Positions 37,616 through 47,485 of a DNA stretch of 64,000 bases are shown in pieces; positions within the stretch are counted from its first letter, which is position 1; the number at the start of each line of letters is the position of its first letter. A program made the translations under genes and the position numbers. This DNA comes from an uncultured Candidatus Saccharibacteria bacterium. GTDB taxonomy: Bacteria; Patescibacteriota; Doudnabacteria; UBA920; O2-02-FULL-48-8. A model generated the notes under the pieces. That model did not search any database and had not been told where the DNA came from. It saw only the letters and a list, made by a program, of their open reading frames with translations. The DNA lies in the NCBI GenBank assembly GCA_964605735.1, contig CAZSDS010000001.1:639157-703156 (forward strand), read 5' to 3'.

Positions 37616-38197
37616 TTAACCCAAAATGCTTTTCTTTATTCCTTCAAACATTTCCGGATTTTGCAAGGCCTTGAGAAACATAACCTTCAATTCCATATCA
37701 TTGAACTCATCCTCACAGACCAGTGAAACAAATTCTTCAAAGCTTACCTGCATAAGCTCAATCTTTTCAGCGCCATCCAGGGACTGCTCTGCAATTTTTT
37801 TGCAGCCGCGGGCAATGAATGTGTAAACAGCCCATTCGATTTTACTGTTTGGCTGGACAGCATCAAACAATTCCCAGTCCTCAGATGCATACCCCGTCTC
37901 CTCCAGCAACTCCCTCTTTGCTGCTTCATGCACATCTTCTCCTTCATCCACCCTTCCGCCAATCAAACTGGTAAATGGTTGCTTGCCCGGCTGCTCCTGC
38001 CTGCTCATTATTATTTTTCCGTCTTCTGTGACAGGAATGATCATGGCAGAGTCCGGCCTCTTTAATTTTTCAAAAATTCTGGTTGTGCCATCATACGCTT
38101 CTGCTTGCCAATGGTAAACGTCAAAAAGTTTCCCAGCAAACACCAGTTTGGCATCCGGCGGCAGAGGCTGTTTTGATTCAGGTCGTTTTACCCGCAT
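37616..38197 (-). CDS. NUDIX hydrolase
   Basis: Nudix box GGRVDEGEDVHEAAKRELLEETGY. The likely start MRVKRP at 38197 abuts the polA stop; the track's N-extension to 38251 overlaps polA. Confidence 0.7.
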   Translation of the reverse strand: MRVKRPESKQPLPPDAKLVFAGKLFDVYHWQAEAYDGTTRIFEKLKRPDSAMIIPVTEDGKIIMSRQEQPGKQPFTSLIGGRVDEGEDVHEAAKRELLEETGYASEDWELFDAVQPNSKIEWAVYTFIARGCKKIAEQSLDGAEKIELMQVSFEEFVSLVCEDEFNDMELKVMFLKALQNPEMFEGIKKSILG

Positions 38198-38198
38198 A

Positions 38199-40922
38199 TT
38201 AAATTTTCTCCATCTCCAGCCAGTTCTGACCGATTTTTGCCTCAGCCACAATTGGCACTTTCAATTTATAAACCGACTCCATTATTTCTTTAATTTTTTT
38301 TACACACTCTTTTTCTTTGCCTTTTTTTATTTCAAAAACAAGTTCGTCATGGACCTGCAGCAACATCCGGCAATCCTCATCCAGGACCTTGTTTTGAATT
38401 TCAATCATGGCCATTTTGATGATGTCAGCGCTTAAGGACTGGATAGGCATATTGAAGGCGGCTCGCTCAGCGGCTGACCTAACGGCAAAATTGGAAGCAT
38501 TGATCTCGGGAAAATACCTGATCCGGCCAAGTGCGTTTGTCACGTAACCGTCACGGTGGACTTTTTCAATGGTGTCGTCGATATATTTTTTAAGCTTGGC
38601 GAAAACCTGGTAATAGCGGCGGATGAAATCACTGGCTTCCCCATGCCCCATCTCTGTTCTGGAAGACAAGCCGAAAGCAGACACGCCATACAGCACGCTG
38701 AAGTTGATGGTTTTGGCGTCCCGCCTTTGTTCAAAAGTGACGTTCGACTCCATGGTGTTGAAAATCCTGGCCGCAGTTGCCATATGGAAGTCTTTGCCCG
38801 ATTTGAAAATCTTAACCATTTCCGGATCACCGGAAACAGAGGCTGCGATCCTCAGCTCGATTTGCGAATAGTCGATCGAGGCCAGGACAAAACCCGGTTG
38901 GGCAACAAAACCCTTTCTGATGGCACGCCCTGTTTCTGTCCTGATAGGGATGTTTTGCAAATTAGGGTCAATGGACGACAACCGGCCAGTCGCTGCAATA
39001 GTCTGGTTGTATGTGGTGTGCAAACGCTTGTCGAGTTCAGATACCAGCTCAGGAAGAGCATCCAAATATGTTGACTTAAGTTTGGTCAGCTCACGGTACT
39101 CAAAAATCAAGTCAATAACCGGGTGAAGGCCGCGTAATTTTTCCAGCTCCCCAGCCGCCGTAGACAAACCGCCGTTTTTCCCGCGCTTGCGGAGCTCTGT
39201 TGTTGGAATCTGAAGCTTGTCGAACAATGCTTCACGCAACTGCGCCGGAGAAGAAATATTAAACTCATGGCCGACGAGTTTATGAATCTTCTTTTCCAGC
39301 TCTTTGATTTTTTTGCCCGTTTTCTGGCTTAACGATTTCAAATATTTGATGTCCAGCTGTACCCCGTATTCCTCCATTTGCATCAGCACCGGAATCAGCG
39401 GCATTTCAATTTCTTCAAAAATCTTTGTCAGTTTCTTTTCCTTCAACCGGTTTTCCAGCACAGGCTTAAGACGCAAGCTGGTTTCAGCGTCTTCACAACC
39501 ATAAAGACAAACTTCCTTTAAAGGAACTTTTTCAAAAGGAATTACCTCTTTGGGTTTCCCCTCGTAACCAGTCAGTGTATAGCGGCGCATGCCGTATTGT
39601 GCAAACCCAAGCGACTCTACATCATATGAGCGCTGGCCCGGGTTATTAAGGTAAGCCGCAATGTTCGTATCAAAGCTGAACGGGCGCAAATTAATCCCGT
39701 ATTTTTTCAGAACCAAAGCATCTGTCTTCAGCTCGTTCCCCCATTTTTCTATTTTGGGGTTTTCCAAAACACCCTTAAGCGCACCCAACGCATTAAGCTC
39801 CTTGTGCTGGTACACCGGTATGTAATAGGCTTCACCCTCTGCCACGGCAACCGACAAACCAACCAGCTCTGCATCAACTGGCCGGCCTACCGTAGTCACA
39901 GTGTCAATGGAAATGGCTTTTTTCTTTTCCAGCAGTTTTATTAAATCCTCCAGCTTTTCAACTGTATCAACCAGCTCAAATCTTTCATCACCAGCTTTCT
40001 GTTTAATAACCTTTTCTGCTTTTACTGTGGTCTTGGGAAGTTTGTCTATCAGCGATTTTATTCCCATCTCCTGGAAAAGTTCAATAACCTGAGACTGGTC
40101 ATAGTCGCCGAGCATGGTCCTCTCCAACGAAAATTCGTCAAATTTATAGTTTTCACAATCAATCAAAGCAAGCTTGCGCGACAAGAATGCGTAGTGCTTT
40201 CCTTCTGAAAGTTTTTTCAACACACTGGCTTTGATTTCCGGATCATTCTTTTCAACCGCTGTGTAAAGTTTTTCAATATTTTTGTATCTTTGTATCAGGT
40301 CGATTGCGGTTTTCTCCCCTATTCCAGCAACGCCTGGAATATTGTCTGAGGCATCACCCTTCAGCGCCTTGTACTCCACCCACTGGCCAGGCGTCAAGCC
40401 ATATTCACTTTTCATCATAGCCTTGTCATATACAACAAAATCAGTGATGCCGGTCTTAAGCCGGTAAACCACAGTGTTGTCGTTGATCAGTTGTAGCAAA
40501 TCCATGTCGCCGGTCAGGATGATGTTCAAAACATCATTGGGAGTTTTTCGGGTAATAATGCCAAGGATGTCATCAGCTTCATACCCGGGCTTGGAGTATA
40601 TGGGAATATTCATTGCCGTCAGAATTTCCTTGACTTTGGGCTCCTGCAAAAGCAAGTCATCATGCGGCGGCTTCCGGTGAGCCTTGTAATCGCCGGTCAA
40701 TTTGTGGCGGAAGGTTTCACCCCCTAAATCAAAAGCCACCAAAACATAGGTTGGTTTTATTTTTTCCAAAGCGCGGAGAAAAATCGAAAAGAAACCAAAA
40801 ACAGCGCCGGTTGGAAACCCGTCTTTGTTGGTCAGGCCTGGCAGCGCGTGAAAAGCCCGGTGCAACAGCGCATGGCCGTCAACTAACAGCATTTTTTGCT
40901 TGAATTCTTTGGCAGTTGGCAT
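38199..40922 (-). CDS. polA: DNA polymerase I
   Basis: 5'-3' exonuclease N-terminus (LLVDGHALLHRAFHA); polymerase motifs A (DYSQIELR), B (RRDAKTINFSVLYG) and C (QVHDE). Confidence 0.95.
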   Translation of the reverse strand: MPTAKEFKQKMLLVDGHALLHRAFHALPGLTNKDGFPTGAVFGFFSIFLRALEKIKPTYVLVAFDLGGETFRHKLTGDYKAHRKPPHDDLLLQEPKVKEILTAMNIPIYSKPGYEADDILGIITRKTPNDVLNIILTGDMDLLQLINDNTVVYRLKTGITDFVVYDKAMMKSEYGLTPGQWVEYKALKGDASDNIPGVAGIGEKTAIDLIQRYKNIEKLYTAVEKNDPEIKASVLKKLSEGKHYAFLSRKLALIDCENYKFDEFSLERTMLGDYDQSQVIELFQEMGIKSLIDKLPKTTVKAEKVIKQKAGDERFELVDTVEKLEDLIKLLEKKKAISIDTVTTVGRPVDAELVGLSVAVAEGEAYYIPVYQHKELNALGALKGVLENPKIEKWGNELKTDALVLKKYGINLRPFSFDTNIAAYLNNPGQRSYDVESLGFAQYGMRRYTLTGYEGKPKEVIPFEKVPLKEVCLYGCEDAETSLRLKPVLENRLKEKKLTKIFEEIEMPLIPVLMQMEEYGVQLDIKYLKSLSQKTGKKIKELEKKIHKLVGHEFNISSPAQLREALFDKLQIPTTELRKRGKNGGLSTAAGELEKLRGLHPVIDLIFEYRELTKLKSTYLDALPELVSELDKRLHTTYNQTIAATGRLSSIDPNLQNIPIRTETGRAIRKGFVAQPGFVLASIDYSQIELRIAASVSGDPEMVKIFKSGKDFHMATAARIFNTMESNVTFEQRRDAKTINFSVLYGVSAFGLSSRTEMGHGEASDFIRRYYQVFAKLKKYIDDTIEKVHRDGYVTNALGRIRYFPEINASNFAVRSAAERAAFNMPIQSLSADIIKMAMIEIQNKVLDEDCRMLLQVHDELVFEIKKGKEKECVKKIKEIMESVYKLKVPIVAEAKIGQNWLEMEKI

Positions 40923-40978
40923 GAGGGCATAATACCAAAAAATCGCCCTTACGGCGATTTTGGAAACCTGTGTTGTTA

Positions 40979-42628
40979 TTATTCTTCAGTGACCCTGAAA
41001 ACTTCAGCCACATCAGTGACCCCGGCTAGCGCCTTGACTATCCCATCCTGCGCCATGGTTAACATTCCTTCTTTAATGGCCTGGTTTCTTATTTCTGTGG
41101 TTACAGCTTCTTTTTGGATCAACTTTTCTATAGCTTCGCTCATTGTGAAAATTTCATACACCCCAATGCGCCCGCGGTACCCCAGTCCATTGCACAAAGA
41201 ACAGCCGGGACTGTGGTAAAACTTCAGCTGATTAGGCAGGCTGATTTTTGCGGAAGCCGGGATGGCTTTCAGAATCATTTCGATTCGCGCCATAACCTTT
41301 TTGTCCGGGACCATTTCCTGTTTGCAGGACTGACAAATTTTCCTGACCAGGCGCTGGGCAATAATCGCATTGATGGCCGGAGCCAGAATAAAAGGCTTTA
41401 CCCCAATGTCCAACAGCCTTGGCAAAGCCGAAGCCGCATCATTGGTGTGCAAGGTTGAAAGGACAATATGCCCGGTCAGCGCTGCTTGCGCCGCTGTTTC
41501 TGCGGTTTCCAAATCCCGCATTTCTCCCACCATGACTATGTCAGGATCCTGGCGGAGGATCGCGCGCAGCCCCGCAGCAAACGTCAACCCTGCGCTGGTG
41601 TCAATCGGCGTCTGGGTCAGTCCGGCGATTTTATACTCCACCGGATCCTCCAGCGTAATAATTTTTACTCCAGGTTCATTCAATTTGTTTAAAATCGCGT
41701 ACAAGGTGGTGGTTTTGCCGGAACCAGTCGGACCAGTCGTCAAAATCATGCCGTTTGGTTTCTGCAATTCTCTTTCCAGGCGCTCCAAAGCCATACCTGA
41801 AATTCCCAATTCTTCGAAACGCAAAGATCCTTTGTCCTGGCGCAGGATACGCATAACCACTGACTCGCCAAAAGCAGAAGGCAGAATTGATACGCGGATG
41901 TCAGTTTGGCTTTTGTTGTATTCCAAGCTGAAACTTCCGTCCTGAGGAGTTGTGACAATATTCAGCTTAAGTTTGGATAAAATTTTCACGCGTGAAATAA
42001 TCTGCTGGTGCAAATTTTTTGGAAGTATGGTTATGTCCTGCAAAACACCATCTATGCGGAATCGCAATTTTATTCCTGCTGGCTCAGGCTCCAAGTGTAT
42101 GTCTGAAGAATTAAGCCCGAGCGCCGCCTTAAGCATCTTCTCAATCAATTCAGTGGTACTGACGTGCTGAAGCTGGTCGCCCAGATCCCTCAAGGATTTG
42201 ATTTTGCTTACATCAATGTCCGCACCCTCTATGCTGATTTTTTCTTCCCGGCGGTGAGTTTCCACCACCTGGCCGTAACCTTCGATAAAATGAACCAAAC
42301 TGCTTTTGGAAATTTGGTAGATTTCTATAAAATAACTTTGCGATTTCAGTTTTTTTACAAAAACGTCAATTGCAGGCGATGGTTCTATTAGTCCGAGTTT
42401 TAAATTCCTTCCTTCTTTGAAAAACGCAACAAGGCCCAGCTCCACCGCCACCACCCTGGGGACGACGTTTAAAGCTGAGGGGTCAACTGGAAACCCGTAA
42501 AGATTCATGTACGGCAGTTTATTTGCTTTTGCTTTTCTTTGGGTTTCTTCTTCTTCGAATTTTCGGTCGAGCTGGTTGAAAACCTGGTTTAACTTAAGGT
42601 CTCTTTCAGCCCCGGTCATTATGGCCAT
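40979..42628 (-). CDS. pilB: Type II/IV secretion or type IV pilus assembly ATPase (GspE/PilB family)
   Basis: Walker A GPTGSGKTT; Asp box; His box; C-terminal tetracysteine (CQSCKQE...CSLCNG). Confidence 0.85.
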   Translation of the reverse strand: MAIMTGAERDLKLNQVFNQLDRKFEEEETQRKAKANKLPYMNLYGFPVDPSALNVVPRVVAVELGLVAFFKEGRNLKLGLIEPSPAIDVFVKKLKSQSYFIEIYQISKSSLVHFIEGYGQVVETHRREEKISIEGADIDVSKIKSLRDLGDQLQHVSTTELIEKMLKAALGLNSSDIHLEPEPAGIKLRFRIDGVLQDITILPKNLHQQIISRVKILSKLKLNIVTTPQDGSFSLEYNKSQTDIRVSILPSAFGESVVMRILRQDKGSLRFEELGISGMALERLERELQKPNGMILTTGPTGSGKTTTLYAILNKLNEPGVKIITLEDPVEYKIAGLTQTPIDTSAGLTFAAGLRAILRQDPDIVMVGEMRDLETAETAAQAALTGHIVLSTLHTNDAASALPRLLDIGVKPFILAPAINAIIAQRLVRKICQSCKQEMVPDKKVMARIEMILKAIPASAKISLPNQLKFYHSPGCSLCNGLGYRGRIGVYEIFTMSEAIEKLIQKEAVTTEIRNQAIKEGMLTMAQDGIVKALAGVTDVAEVFRVTEE

Positions 42629-42691
42629 AATAGAGTTTTAGCTCTTAAATTATACCACAAATTGACATAAAAAACCGGGTGTAAGTATATA

Positions 42692-43831
42692 TTAGGATAA
42701 TTTGGAAGCTTCTTTTCTGATTACATCCAAAACTTTTTGCTCAGTGTCCTGCAGAGAAGCTTTAACCTTGAAGGTCGTTGATTGCGGCTGAATGTTTTCA
42801 GGACTGTACTCGTTGAACAAATCAGGCAGGTTTAACACTGCTGGCGCTGACATGTAAACCTCTGTAAGATCTTCGCTGACTTCCCGGAAAAAGATGTGAA
42901 TCTTTGCAAAACCAAGCTGAAGATTCATTTCCTTGAGCACTGCCATCACGTCTTCCTGAGACGCTCCAGACTTTTCAATATCCATCCTGTTCACCCCAGA
43001 GTGCGCAATCATGTTCTCCGGCTCGTGTTTGATTCGGGCGAGCACCCTCCCCCACAATTTCAGGAAGCCCAAGCTCTTGCTCTTGAATAATTTATTGACG
43101 ATATCCTGCTGGTCCGCGCCCAATCCAACCAGTTGTGAAGCTTTTAAGAAAGCCTGTGGGCTTGTCCTGCTGTGCTGGAAGCTGTTTGTTTCGGCAATAA
43201 TTCCGGTAAGCAAGGTTGTCGCTATGTTTTGGGTAACCAACCCGCGGTCCATCTCACTGATCAAGTCAAAAACTATTTCCGAATTGCTCGTGGCTGTCAG
43301 CTCAACCAAATTGAACTGCCCAAACCCTTGGTTTGATCCGCGAAAATCAATGTTCAGAATCGGCGTTTCAAAAAACAAATCAGCATACTTTTCATAAAGC
43401 GAACCAAGCGCCGCCAAATTCCCCACTCCAACAGTAATGATCAAGTCGTGCGGATATTTTGAGGTCCGAAAACTGACATCCGATTCCTCAAATTGTCCGG
43501 ATTTTGGTTTCAGATAAATAGAAAGCTTGTCTCTGGTTTTTTTGTAACTCAATTCAGCAGCCTGCGTCTTTTTGGTTGAAACATCAATGACAAAACCTTT
43601 GCTCAGATTCAGTTCTCTTTGGATCTGGTCATAGCCTGGCAGGAAACTTACCCGCGGATTGAGGTTGCCGTCAGCAGAGACGATAACAACATTCTTTTCC
43701 ATGCGCTTAAGGTATCCATATAAAGCCAACCCGGCGGAAACCACATCAGGGCTGGGAATCGGAGACAACAGAACTAAAACACTGCTGACATTCTTCAGTT
43801 TTTCGGCAACCTGCTTAAAATTTTCGGGCAT
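42692..43831 (-). CDS. DHH/DHHA1-fold (NrnA-like) protein with a non-conserved catalytic DHH motif
   Basis: VLVLLSPIPSPDVVSAGLALYGYLKRMEKNVVIV and TLLTGIIAETNSFQHSRTSP follow the NrnA pattern. The DHH position reads NIDFRG, and DxD and GGGH are not conserved. Confidence 0.45.
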   Translation of the reverse strand: MPENFKQVAEKLKNVSSVLVLLSPIPSPDVVSAGLALYGYLKRMEKNVVIVSADGNLNPRVSFLPGYDQIQRELNLSKGFVIDVSTKKTQAAELSYKKTRDKLSIYLKPKSGQFEESDVSFRTSKYPHDLIITVGVGNLAALGSLYEKYADLFFETPILNIDFRGSNQGFGQFNLVELTATSNSEIVFDLISEMDRGLVTQNIATTLLTGIIAETNSFQHSRTSPQAFLKASQLVGLGADQQDIVNKLFKSKSLGFLKLWGRVLARIKHEPENMIAHSGVNRMDIEKSGASQEDVMAVLKEMNLQLGFAKIHIFFREVSEDLTEVYMSAPAVLNLPDLFNEYSPENIQPQSTTFKVKASLQDTEQKVLDVIRKEASKLS

Positions 43832-43959
43832 TTATTAAGCTCAATTTGAATTTAATTTTCATAGTAATATATCGAAAACAGGTACTTACGTCAACCCTGG
43901 GGTACCTGAGACTTTAAAACTCGACTTTTCGCCCCACAAATGGTAGAATTCACTAACAA

Positions 43960-44388
43960 ATGCAGTACACGAACCTCACGTTGGCAGGTGTTAAAAAGCT
44001 GGCGGTTTCTTTAAGAAAACCGGATAAACTTAGGTCAAAACCACCAAGGATATTCGGACTGACAGGACCCTTAGGCGCCGGGAAGACGACTTTTACCAAA
44101 TCTCTTGCAGAAACCATAGGTATAAAAAACGCCAAAAGCCCAACCTTTACCATTGTTCATTGTTACGAAGGGCCTGAAAAATCGTTATATCATATAGATC
44201 TGTACCGGCTGGAAAACGAAAAAGAATTAGCCTCGCTTGGCTTGGAAGAAATACTTGAAGACGAAGGCAATTTGGTAGCCATAGAATGGGTGGACAAATT
44301 CCCTAAACTGATGGACCAGTGCGATTGTTTGCTGAATTTTGAAATCACCAAAGACAATAAAAGAAATGTCACTGTCACGCATAATTAA
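43960..44388 (+). CDS. tsaE: tRNA threonylcarbamoyladenosine biosynthesis ATPase TsaE
   Basis: Walker A GPLGAGKTTF; SPTFTIV...YHIDLYRL. Confidence 0.7.
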   Translation: MQYTNLTLAGVKKLAVSLRKPDKLRSKPPRIFGLTGPLGAGKTTFTKSLAETIGIKNAKSPTFTIVHCYEGPEKSLYHIDLYRLENEKELASLGLEEILEDEGNLVAIEWVDKFPKLMDQCDCLLNFEITKDNKRNVTVTHN

Positions 44389-45592
44389 ATTTGCCGGGGT
44401 TACAACCTTCCTCATTTTGCCATTTACGGCTGATGGGGCTGAGTTAAAGTTTGCAGACCAAACCTGGGAGGTGGAGCCTCGAGTCGGCGTCACCCAGCAG
44501 GCATATATTGTGCGCAATGACTTTGACCTGAAAACTTTTGTGAGGCAGTCTTTCACCAGCAAGCCCTACTCAACCACTGCCCGCTCTCTGGACGCTGAAA
44601 CAATCAAGACTCTGGAAGAAATTGCTGATGAGCTGAATCAGGAAAACAAACCAGCCAAACTTGTCATTGAAGGCAACTTCGCCAAAGAGTTTGAACCCGG
44701 CCAAGATGGACAATCTGTTGATGTTTACCGCGCCTATAAGATGCTGGGCGCTGGAGAGGACAGAATAAGCCTTCCTGTTTTGGTTTCAAAATCCAACAGC
44801 TCGCTTTCCGCAACAAACAATTTGGGAATCAATGAACTGATTGCAACCGGAGAATCAGATTTTGCCGGCTCTCCTAGAAACAGGCGGGTTAACATAGCTG
44901 TGGGAACAAGCCGTTATCAAGGACTAATCCTCAAACCTGGCGAAGAATTTTCTTTCAATAAATTTTTGGGAGACGTGGACGCTGAACACGGGTTTTTGCC
45001 AGAGCTTGTTATCAAGCGAACAGGCACTGTGCCTGAATTCGGCGGAGGTTTATGCCAGGTCTCTTCAACAGTATTCCGAGCAGCAATGAAAGCCGGCCTG
45101 CCTATTGTTGAGCGCCGCAACCACTCGTATGCGGTAAAATATTATGCCCCGCAGGGCACCGACGCCACGATCTACCCAGGCGTAACTGATTTCAGGTTTA
45201 CAAATGATTTATCAAGCCATCTTTTGATTAGAACCCGAATCGAAGGCGACAAGCTTTACTTTGACTTTTATGGCACCAAAGACGACCGTAAGGTTGTTCT
45301 GGACGACCCATATTCATATGATAAAAAGGCCAACGGCGCCATGAAGGCAACCTGGTCCAGGACTGTCACCAAAGACGGCAAAGAAAGCAAGCAAACGTTC
45401 AACAGCAACTACCAGCCGCCTGCATTGTTCCAGGTCGCAACTCAGGCCAGCACCCCAAACCCTGAATCAAACCCAAACACCACCAACCCAAACCCGGCGC
45501 CATCTGACCCAAACAATCCAAACCCAGCACCAAACCCTAGCCCAGAAACTCCAACCGAAACACCAACCCCTAACCCAACTCCTTCCGCTTAA
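44366..45592 (+). CDS. VanW-family protein with a low-complexity Pro/Asn/Thr-rich C-terminal tail
   Basis: Signal anchor; [14 protein letters not shown] and [14 protein letters not shown]...FRFTNDL are typical of the VanW domain. The tail is [45 protein letters not shown]. Confidence 0.55.
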   Translation: MSLSRIIKFAGVTTFLILPFTADGAELKFADQTWEVEPRVGVTQQAYIVRNDFDLKTFVRQSFTSKPYSTTARSLDAETIKTLEEIADELNQENKPAKLVIEGNFAKEFEPGQDGQSVDVYRAYKMLGAGEDRISLPVLVSKSNSSLSATNNLGINELIATGESDFAGSPRNRRVNIAVGTSRYQGLILKPGEEFSFNKFLGDVDAEHGFLPELVIKRTGTVPEFGGGLCQVSSTVFRAAMKAGLPIVERRNHSYAVKYYAPQGTDATIYPGVTDFRFTNDLSSHLLIRTRIEGDKLYFDFYGTKDDRKVVLDDPYSYDKKANGAMKATWSRTVTKDGKESKQTFNSNYQPPALFQVATQASTPNPESNPNTTNPNPAPSDPNNPNPAPNPSPETPTETPTPNPTPSA

Positions 45593-45615
45593 TACCTGGT
45601 TTTATCCAAACAAAA

Positions 45616-46659
45616 ATGATCAACAAAGACGTCACTTCTGACGAAGAACTGAATATCACCAGCCCATCCAAGTCTTCAGAAGAGACGTTTTTTGAAGCAA
45701 CCCTGCGTCCGCAAAAACTGGATGATTACGTAGGACAGCAGAAGATAAAAGAGAACCTACAGATTTTTATTGACGCGGCTAAGCAAAGGAAAGAGACCTT
45801 AGAACATATTTTGCTCTACGGCCCTCCGGGTTTGGGCAAAACAACTCTGGCGCATATCATCGCTAAAGAAGTGGGTGCAAACATTAAGATCACCTCTGGT
45901 CCGGCCATTGAAAAAGCCGGAGACCTCGCTTCTCTCCTATCCAATCTGGAACAGGGAGATTTCTTGTTTATTGACGAAATTCACAGGTTGAACAAAACCA
46001 TTGAAGAGGTTTTGTATCCGGCAATGGAAGATTATGCCTTGGATATTGTGCTTGGTAAAGGCGTTGGTGCAAAGGCGTTGCGCATAGATTTGCCTAAATT
46101 CACTTTAATAGGCGCGACCACGAGAATTGGTTTGCTCTCTCACCCACTGCGCGACCGTTTTGGCATGACTTACCGTTTGGACTACTATGAAGACGAAGAA
46201 ATCCAAAAGATAATTGAACGTGCAGGAAAAATTTTGAGCATTGAAATGGATGATGAAGGCAAGCAAGAAATCGCCACCCGCTCACGTAAGACTCCGCGTA
46301 TTGCCAATCGCTTGCTTAAACGCGTTCGGGATTATGCCCAGATAAAATCCAACGGCGTGATCGACAAAAAAGTTGCTGACCAGGCACTGAACATGCTTGA
46401 GGTTGACCATTTGGGGCTGGATGGAAATGACCGCCGAATACTTTCAGCTTTGATTGAGAAATTTAACGGCGGGCCGGTTGGAATTTCTTCAATTGCCGCG
46501 GCAACTTCAGAAGACCCGGGCACAGTTGAAGATATTTACGAGCCGTATTTACTAAGATTGGGTTTGATTGCGCGAACCCCTAAAGGCAGAATTGCCACAC
46601 AGCTTGCCTATGAGCACTTGGGAATCAAACAGGCAACCAAAAATCAAACTTTGTTATAG
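45616..46659 (+). CDS. ruvB: Holliday junction DNA helicase RuvB
   Basis: [12 protein letters not shown]...[14 protein letters not shown]; AAA+ sensor motifs. Confidence 0.95.
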   Translation: MINKDVTSDEELNITSPSKSSEETFFEATLRPQKLDDYVGQQKIKENLQIFIDAAKQRKETLEHILLYGPPGLGKTTLAHIIAKEVGANIKITSGPAIEKAGDLASLLSNLEQGDFLFIDEIHRLNKTIEEVLYPAMEDYALDIVLGKGVGAKALRIDLPKFTLIGATTRIGLLSHPLRDRFGMTYRLDYYEDEEIQKIIERAGKILSIEMDDEGKQEIATRSRKTPRIANRLLKRVRDYAQIKSNGVIDKKVADQALNMLEVDHLGLDGNDRRILSALIEKFNGGPVGISSIAAATSEDPGTVEDIYEPYLLRLGLIARTPKGRIATQLAYEHLGIKQATKNQTLL

Positions 46660-46660
46660 A

Positions 46661-46687
46661 ACCGCAAGCAATATTGCGGTTTTTTAT
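46661..46687 (+). terminator. Intrinsic terminator
   Basis: accgcaa-gcaata-ttgcggt followed by T6. Confidence 0.65.
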
Positions 46688-46704
46688 TTGTCCCGATAAA
46701 ATAA

Positions 46705-46914
46705 TTGCATATGGAAGTCTATATAAAATTGGCGGCACAAATCCTTTTTGGTCTTGGAACCTTGTTTTTTGTGATATACAGCATAGTCGGAATGTACACC
46801 CTTAACACTTATTCCAAATCCAAAACCGTTGCCTCCACTGTAAGCATGGTCTATGGGGCGGCCGTAATTGGGCTTTTGTCCTGGGGTTTTACCGTGATAC
46901 TAAATATTCAATAA
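46705..46914 (+). CDS. Small hypothetical membrane protein (two TM helices)
   Basis: 69 aa, hydrophobic; the stop overlaps the next start (ATGA). Confidence 0.4.
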   Translation: MHMEVYIKLAAQILFGLGTLFFVIYSIVGMYTLNTYSKSKTVASTVSMVYGAAVIGLLSWGFTVILNIQ

Positions 46915-47477
46915 TGGAAACCAAAAACAAAATTTTATTTCCGGGCCAACAGCCGGATGAACGCGTCTGTTTGGTGTTCAGACAACACTGGGCAGTACTG
47001 GTCATGAAACTGCCGCTGTGGTTTATAATGTTGATTGTTTACCTTGTGTTCGACTATTTGGCATATTCGTATTTCCCAGGGGTTATTGACGCATCATTTT
47101 CCCCCCTTATCGAGGTTTTTCGGATCGTTTATCTAATGTTCCTGGCTCTTGGTTTGTTTATAATCTTTACCCTGTACTATCTGAATTTTCATGTGATTAC
47201 AAACGAGCGGATCGTGGACATTGAACAAAAAAGTTTACTGCACCACACCATCTCCGAACTTCATTTGGAACAAATCCAAGACGTGACTGCAGAAGTGCAC
47301 GGCCTGCTGGAAAATATTCTGGATTATGGCGATGTTTTTATTCAAACCGCCGGAGAAACAAACAGGTTTAAATTCGACAAAATCCCCAACCCCACGAAAG
47401 TCACCAAACTCGTCCTGGATTTATATGAACAGCTTCCTGAACAACAAAAACAGCAATACAAAAACCGCCCATCGTAA
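46914..47477 (+). CDS. Membrane protein with a bacterial PH (bPH_2 / YdbT-like) domain
   Basis: Two N-terminal TM helices followed by a soluble domain with ...DVFIQTAGETNRFKFDKIPNPTKV... Confidence 0.45.
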   Translation: METKNKILFPGQQPDERVCLVFRQHWAVLVMKLPLWFIMLIVYLVFDYLAYSYFPGVIDASFSPLIEVFRIVYLMFLALGLFIIFTLYYLNFHVITNERIVDIEQKSLLHHTISELHLEQIQDVTAEVHGLLENILDYGDVFIQTAGETNRFKFDKIPNPTKVTKLVLDLYEQLPEQQKQQYKNRPS

Positions 47478-47485
47478 GGGCGGTT

